From the NCBI GenBank assembly GCA_947479755.1, contig CANKAM010000015.1, positions 4,441 through 68,440 on the forward strand: a stretch of DNA of 64,000 nt, written 5' to 3'. Positions 60,054 through 64,000 of this stretch are shown piece by piece; within the stretch, counting starts at the first letter, position 1, and each line of letters starts with the position of its first letter. This DNA comes from Bacteroidota bacterium. GTDB lineage: Bacteria; Bacteroidota; Bacteroidia; SXHM01. Under the pieces are notes generated by a model. The model worked only from the letters and a program-made list of their open reading frames with translations. It ran no database searches and had not been told where the DNA came from. The position numbers and the translations under genes were made by a program.

Positions 60054-60813
60054 GATAGCAAAATATGTGATGTATGATATTTTGCGCAGCAAAGTATTGA
60101 TTGCTTATTCCCTGTTTCTGTTGCTCGTTTCATTCAGCCTATTCAGCATGGAAGAGAACAGCTCAAAGAGCCTGATAAGTCTGATGAGTGTGGTGATGAT
60201 TATTGTTCCGCTGGTAAGCATTATTTTTTCAACAACGTATTTCTATAATGCTTATCAGTTTATAGAATTACTGGTGGCTCAACCTATAAGTCGCAGCTCA
60301 ATTTTGCTGGGCGAATTTTTAGGTGTTTCCGTTTCATTGCTTACTGCATTGCTGATAGGAGTTGGAATTCCTGTTCTGATTTATGCACCCGACTCAACAG
60401 GTTTCGTATTAATGATTTCAGGTTTTGCACTGACGCTTTCGTTTATATCATTGGCATTTTTCTCTTCTGTTGCCATGCGCGACAAAGCAAAAGGTATTGG
60501 CATGTCACTGATGCTGTGGTTTTATTTTTCGGTGATTTATGACGGACTTGTTTTAGGAATTCTCTTTTCGTTCAATGAATATCCGTTAGAGAAAGCTGTG
60601 ATTGCACTGGCATCCTTCAACCCTATTGATCTGGGCAGAATAATTATTCTGATGAAGATGGATATTTCAGCATTGATGGGACTGACAGGTGCCGTTTATA
60701 AACAGTTTTTCGGAAGTAGTTTTGGTATCATTTACAGTCTTTCCATTATGTTGATGTGGATTATTACCCCGCTTTTGATTGCATTGCGTATTTTCAAGAA
60801 AAAGAACTTATAG
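60046..60813 (+). CDS. nosY: ABC-2 type permease NosY
   Basis: It has six TM helices and follows nosF with an 8-nt overlap. Confidence 0.8.
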   Translation: MFKIAKYVMYDILRSKVLIAYSLFLLLVSFSLFSMEENSSKSLISLMSVVMIIVPLVSIIFSTTYFYNAYQFIELLVAQPISRSSILLGEFLGVSVSLLTALLIGVGIPVLIYAPDSTGFVLMISGFALTLSFISLAFFSSVAMRDKAKGIGMSLMLWFYFSVIYDGLVLGILFSFNEYPLEKAVIALASFNPIDLGRIIILMKMDISALMGLTGAVYKQFFGSSFGIIYSLSIMLMWIITPLLIALRIFKKKNL

Positions 60814-60995
60814 CATTCTGCAGCATGCAGTTATAGGTCATAAGAGCGCTAACCTCTTCCATTTCCTGATTAAAATCATTGTTAAATCTGAGGCTGACAT
60901 TTGGAAGGATCCCAAGAAAACCCTAGTATTACAAATGTTCAATTTAGCACTGAACCCGCCATTTTGCCAAACTGCTGTTAGCCGTTCGGTTTTTA

Positions 60996-62348
60996 TTAAT
61001 GTTTTATGAATTTTGCTGTTTTAGAATTTCCATTTTCATTTAATTTAATAATATAAACACCGTTTGTTAAATTAGAAATGTCTATAATAAAATCATTTGA
61101 ATTCATTTTTTTAGTGAACACTATCTGACCAACTGAATTGTAAATAGTTATGAGGGATTCATCTTTTAAAATTAAATTAATAAAATCTTTAGCTGGATTT
61201 GGATAAAAAATGATACTATTATTATTTACTATTTGTTCAGAAATACCTAAAACAGTAGAAGTATTCCAATACACATTTGTGTCATCTGCAAATCCTTGAA
61301 TAATGATATCTTTTAGTCCATCTCCATTAAAATCGGCTATGACACAATCGGCAATATATTCACCTCCCAAAATTTGGGTTTGAACAAAAGTATTATTACC
61401 ATCATTTCTATAAACTATATTGAAAATATTCGGCAAACCACCAGCTTGACTACCCACTATTAATAAGTCTTGGTCTCCATCGTTATCCAAATCTGCAAAG
61501 GCATTTTTTCCAGCAAAAGTTTGTTGAAGATTGGTGGAAATAGATGAAAAAAGTCCTGCTCCATTATTGATGTATAATAAATTTTGAGTATTGCCATTGA
61601 TAATTAAATCTAAATCTCCATCATTATCTGTATCAGCCACTTCAATACCTTCAGCAGAAATTGCTGGGAATGTTGTATTTATGTTTAAAGTATATACCCC
61701 AGAACCATTATTTTGATATAATTTAATGGTATTTGAACCAGAAATAATAACATCTTGGTCTCCATCGTTTTCAATATCAATAATTTGTACAATTCCATCT
61801 ACTGGAGTAAAAACGGAGTTTCCTTGTGGCGTGAAAACTGCATTTCCGTTGTTAAGGTAAATATCAGAAATTGTAGCAGTTGTAATAACCAAGTCTTGGT
61901 CACCATCATTGTCCACATCAGCAATAGCAGCTCCTTCAATAAATACAGGCAAATTATTAGGTACTTGTGTAAAATTTCCCAAGCCATCATTTCTATAAAT
62001 ATTTGCAAATTTTTGGGCAAGTTCATTCTGTCCAGAGAAAAACAAGTCTAAATCTCCATCACCATCTAAATCTTTAAAAAATGCTTGGCTATTTCCTGAA
62101 CGAGGAAAATTATGAGTTACCTCTGTGAAATTTCCAGTTCCATCGTTTTTATAAAGTTTCGTCCAAGGACCTATTCGAGTCATCAATAAGTCTAAGTCTC
62201 CGTCTCCATCTATATCTCCACTTGCAAATATTCCGCCATAACCCTCCATTATGTTAGGCTGTGGATTTGCTAAAGTGAAATTTAATGTTTGACTGTAGCC
62301 ATTTATACAAATTAGTATAATGGTCTGAATTAATAAAATTTGTCTCAT
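60996..62348 (-). CDS. FG-GAP/VCBS-repeat (integrin-alpha-like beta-propeller) protein with T9SS C-terminal sorting domain; AT-rich gene
   Basis: It has a signal peptide, at least seven D.DGDGD.D calcium-binding FG-GAP loops, and the CTD ..IFYPNPAKDFINL..GVYIIKLNENGNSKTAKFIKH. Its GC content is visibly much lower than that of the flanks. Confidence 0.7.
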   Translation of the reverse strand: MRQILLIQTIILICINGYSQTLNFTLANPQPNIMEGYGGIFASGDIDGDGDLDLLMTRIGPWTKLYKNDGTGNFTEVTHNFPRSGNSQAFFKDLDGDGDLDLFFSGQNELAQKFANIYRNDGLGNFTQVPNNLPVFIEGAAIADVDNDGDQDLVITTATISDIYLNNGNAVFTPQGNSVFTPVDGIVQIIDIENDGDQDVIISGSNTIKLYQNNGSGVYTLNINTTFPAISAEGIEVADTDNDGDLDLIINGNTQNLLYINNGAGLFSSISTNLQQTFAGKNAFADLDNDGDQDLLIVGSQAGGLPNIFNIVYRNDGNNTFVQTQILGGEYIADCVIADFNGDGLKDIIIQGFADDTNVYWNTSTVLGISEQIVNNNSIIFYPNPAKDFINLILKDESLITIYNSVGQIVFTKKMNSNDFIIDISNLTNGVYIIKLNENGNSKTAKFIKH

Positions 62349-62389
62349 ATATTTTGTATTAAATTGTTATTTTAGTTTATTAAATTCTC

Positions 62390-64000
62390 ACACGTTTCGC
62401 CAAACTGACGGCTAACGTCAGTTCGTCTAAGAACTCCGTTTCGCCCTCAAATATAAATCAATTTAAAGCGATTAGCCGGAGGCTGAAAAATACTTTTGTG
62501 TAAAGTGTTTGAAAAAATAGCGTTCGTTATTTTGAAGCAAATCGCGTTTATAACAAGGTTTATTTGAGAAAATAAAGAGCCAAGTTCTTTGAGGAACTTT
62601 TTAAGCACATCCTGCCCTACAATATTGAAAATCCTGCGCAGGTTGTAGGCGATAAATATAAATCCTACATCAGCGCTGGCGCGTTTCATACCTTTTTTTG
62701 TCATGATGTAGTAGAAACCCCATTGTCGTTTGATAACACCGTAAGGGTGTTCTACAATGGCTTGCCGCTTTTTGTAGAGTTGTGGATTAGCATCAATGTT
62801 TGTTTTGTTCTGTTCAATGTATTCAGCGTATTGACTGCGCTCTATGAGCCTGCCCTCCGGGTTGCGAGTGCATAAGTTTCTGGCGGGGCAGGTTTCGCAG
62901 GCGTTGGTTTTATAGTGTTTTACTAATGTAACAGACTTGCCCCTGTTTTTCTTGTACCAACTTCCGTTGGTAACTAAAACCTGTTGCTGCGGACAGGTAT
63001 AAGTGTCTTTCTCTTTGTCATAAATAAAGTTCACCACATCGTAGTTTAAGTCTGGTGCGTGCGAACCGGTTTCGGGTATGGCTACCATTACCTGCACACC
63101 TATTTTATTGGCTGTTTCAAATTCACTTCCGGTGTGGTAGCCTTTATCATAGAGAGCAGTAAATTCATTGGTTTGTAAAATCACTTTACTTCTGCGCAGC
63201 ATGCCGCCCATTGCTTTGCTGTCGTTCTGATTGGTTACTTTATAATCAATAGGAATACAGTGTTGAGCATCCACTACTGTCTGCACATTGTAGGCTACTT
63301 CGGTAATGGTGTTTCGGGTAATGAGTTGCCGGCTTTCAGGGTCAGATGTTGAAATCTGTACTTCGCCTGTTGCTTCCAATTGCTGCTGCATAGCCTGGTA
63401 TTTGGCTTTGCGCCCTTCATGCTTTTTTATTTCTTTTTCAATAATCTTTTTGTTGTCGTTATCTGCTGTGCTCAATGCTCTGTTGTATTCATCCAGCTTT
63501 GCTTCAATGTAGGCTTGGTGCTTTTCAATTTTGCGTGGAGTAAAATTATTCTTCTTGCTGTTTTGCGCACGCAACTTGGTGCTGTCACCGGCAACGAGTA
63601 TGCCGCCAATGAGTTTAAACTCGCGTGCCAGACTTACGGTGTGGCGAAACACTTTACGGATTGCTTTTTCATTATCGCGCCTGAAGTTGGAGATGGTGTT
63701 GTGATCTGGAACCAGTTGTTTCATCAGCCACATTACTTCAATGTTGCGTTTGCATTCTTTTTCTAAAGCCCTGCTTGAACGGATGCTGTTGAGATAACCG
63801 TACACATACAACTTCAATAAATCTTTCGGGTGATAAGCAGGTCTGCCTTCGGCAGTGGTTTTAATCACAAACTTAAAGTCGGTGATGTTGATGCTTTCAA
63901 CAAATAGATCAATGATGCGTACTTCGTTATCGTCTGCAACAATTCCGTCCAGGTTGTCGGTGAATAGAACGCTTTGTTCTCTGTCTTGTCCTTGTATAAA
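62390..64000 (-). mobile_element. Partial IS1182-family insertion sequence (left end near 62390-62446, right end outside the window)
   Basis: It contains the transposase CDS above. A terminal palindromic motif ctgacggctaacgtcag sits at 62407-62423, just beyond the transposase stop. Confidence 0.6.
62447..64000 (-). CDS. IS1182-family (IS5 superfamily) DDE transposase, N-terminus beyond the window edge
   Basis: The frame stays open to position 64000. It encodes ..QGQDREQSVLFTDNLDGIVADDNEVRIIDLFVE.. followed by ..GRPAYHPKDLLKLYVYGYLN.., typical of IS1182 transposases, and has a Cys-rich insertion domain. Confidence 0.85.
   Translation of the reverse strand, partial: FIQGQDREQSVLFTDNLDGIVADDNEVRIIDLFVESINITDFKFVIKTTAEGRPAYHPKDLLKLYVYGYLNSIRSSRALEKECKRNIEVMWLMKQLVPDHNTISNFRRDNEKAIRKVFRHTVSLAREFKLIGGILVAGDSTKLRAQNSKKNNFTPRKIEKHQAYIEAKLDEYNRALSTADNDNKKIIEKEIKKHEGRKAKYQAMQQQLEATGEVQISTSDPESRQLITRNTITEVAYNVQTVVDAQHCIPIDYKVTNQNDSKAMGGMLRRSKVILQTNEFTALYDKGYHTGSEFETANKIGVQVMVAIPETGSHAPDLNYDVVNFIYDKEKDTYTCPQQQVLVTNGSWYKKNRGKSVTLVKHYKTNACETCPARNLCTRNPEGRLIERSQYAEYIEQNKTNIDANPQLYKKRQAIVEHPYGVIKRQWGFYYIMTKKGMKRASADVGFIFIAYNLRRIFNIVGQDVLKKFLKELGSLFSQINLVINAICFKITNAIFSNTLHKSIFQPPANRFKLIYI

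Overview
This 64-kb window reads as a Bacteroidota (Bacteroidetes) chromosome segment. Indicators are roughly 40-45% GC, genes with no Shine-Dalgarno sequences, several TAnnTTTG '-7' promoter boxes, and several secreted proteins carrying type IX secretion (T9SS) C-terminal sorting domains. Most genes are housekeeping: pyrG, uvrC, trpS, pheS, nrdBA, nadK, trhO, glpD-like, pepP, an acyl-CoA carboxylase carboxyltransferase, a fatty-acid-CoA ligase, and cobB (sirtuin).

Accessory-type loci are also present:
- Two tandem paralogous M43 (ulilysin/cytophagalysin-like) metalloproteases with T9SS C-terminal domains, next to a GH27 alpha-galactosidase.
- Two paralogous TonB-dependent receptors, one divergent from a PAS+LuxR regulator.
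- A penicillin/AHL-acylase-family Ntn hydrolase.
- A complete clade II (Sec-type) nitrous-oxide reductase cluster, in the order Rrf2 regulator, cytochrome c (nosC), nosZ, nosB-like, nosL, nosD, nosF, nosY.
- An AT-rich FG-GAP/T9SS cargo gene followed by a partial IS1182-family insertion sequence at the window edge.

Structure not explained by the gene calls:
(a) An array of eight direct repeats with exact 21-bp period in the divergent promoter region of an XRE-family regulator/membrane-protein pair.
(b) A 25-bp element, identical at 23 of 25 positions, containing a CRP/FNR-type TGAT-N4-ATCA palindrome. It sits at exactly the same distance from a -7 box upstream of both the nosC-nosZ operon and a fasciclin lipoprotein gene.
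(c) A family of nested palindromic REP-like elements (CGTCACCCTGA..TCAGGGTGACG type) at at least five intergenic sites, with one near-copy embedded inside a coding region; a sixth nested hairpin at 2458-2548 is related only in architecture.
(d) An aldo/keto reductase interrupted by a single in-frame TAG (TGG to TAG) and flanked by two direct REP copies.
(e) A 42-bp tandem repeat (x4.5) inside a coiled-coil/winged-helix ORF.
(f) A canonical sirtuin translationally coupled (TGATG overlap) to an uncharacterised 354-aa all-helical protein carrying a DxDDT(S) motif.

No rRNA, tRNA or CRISPR array was recognised.
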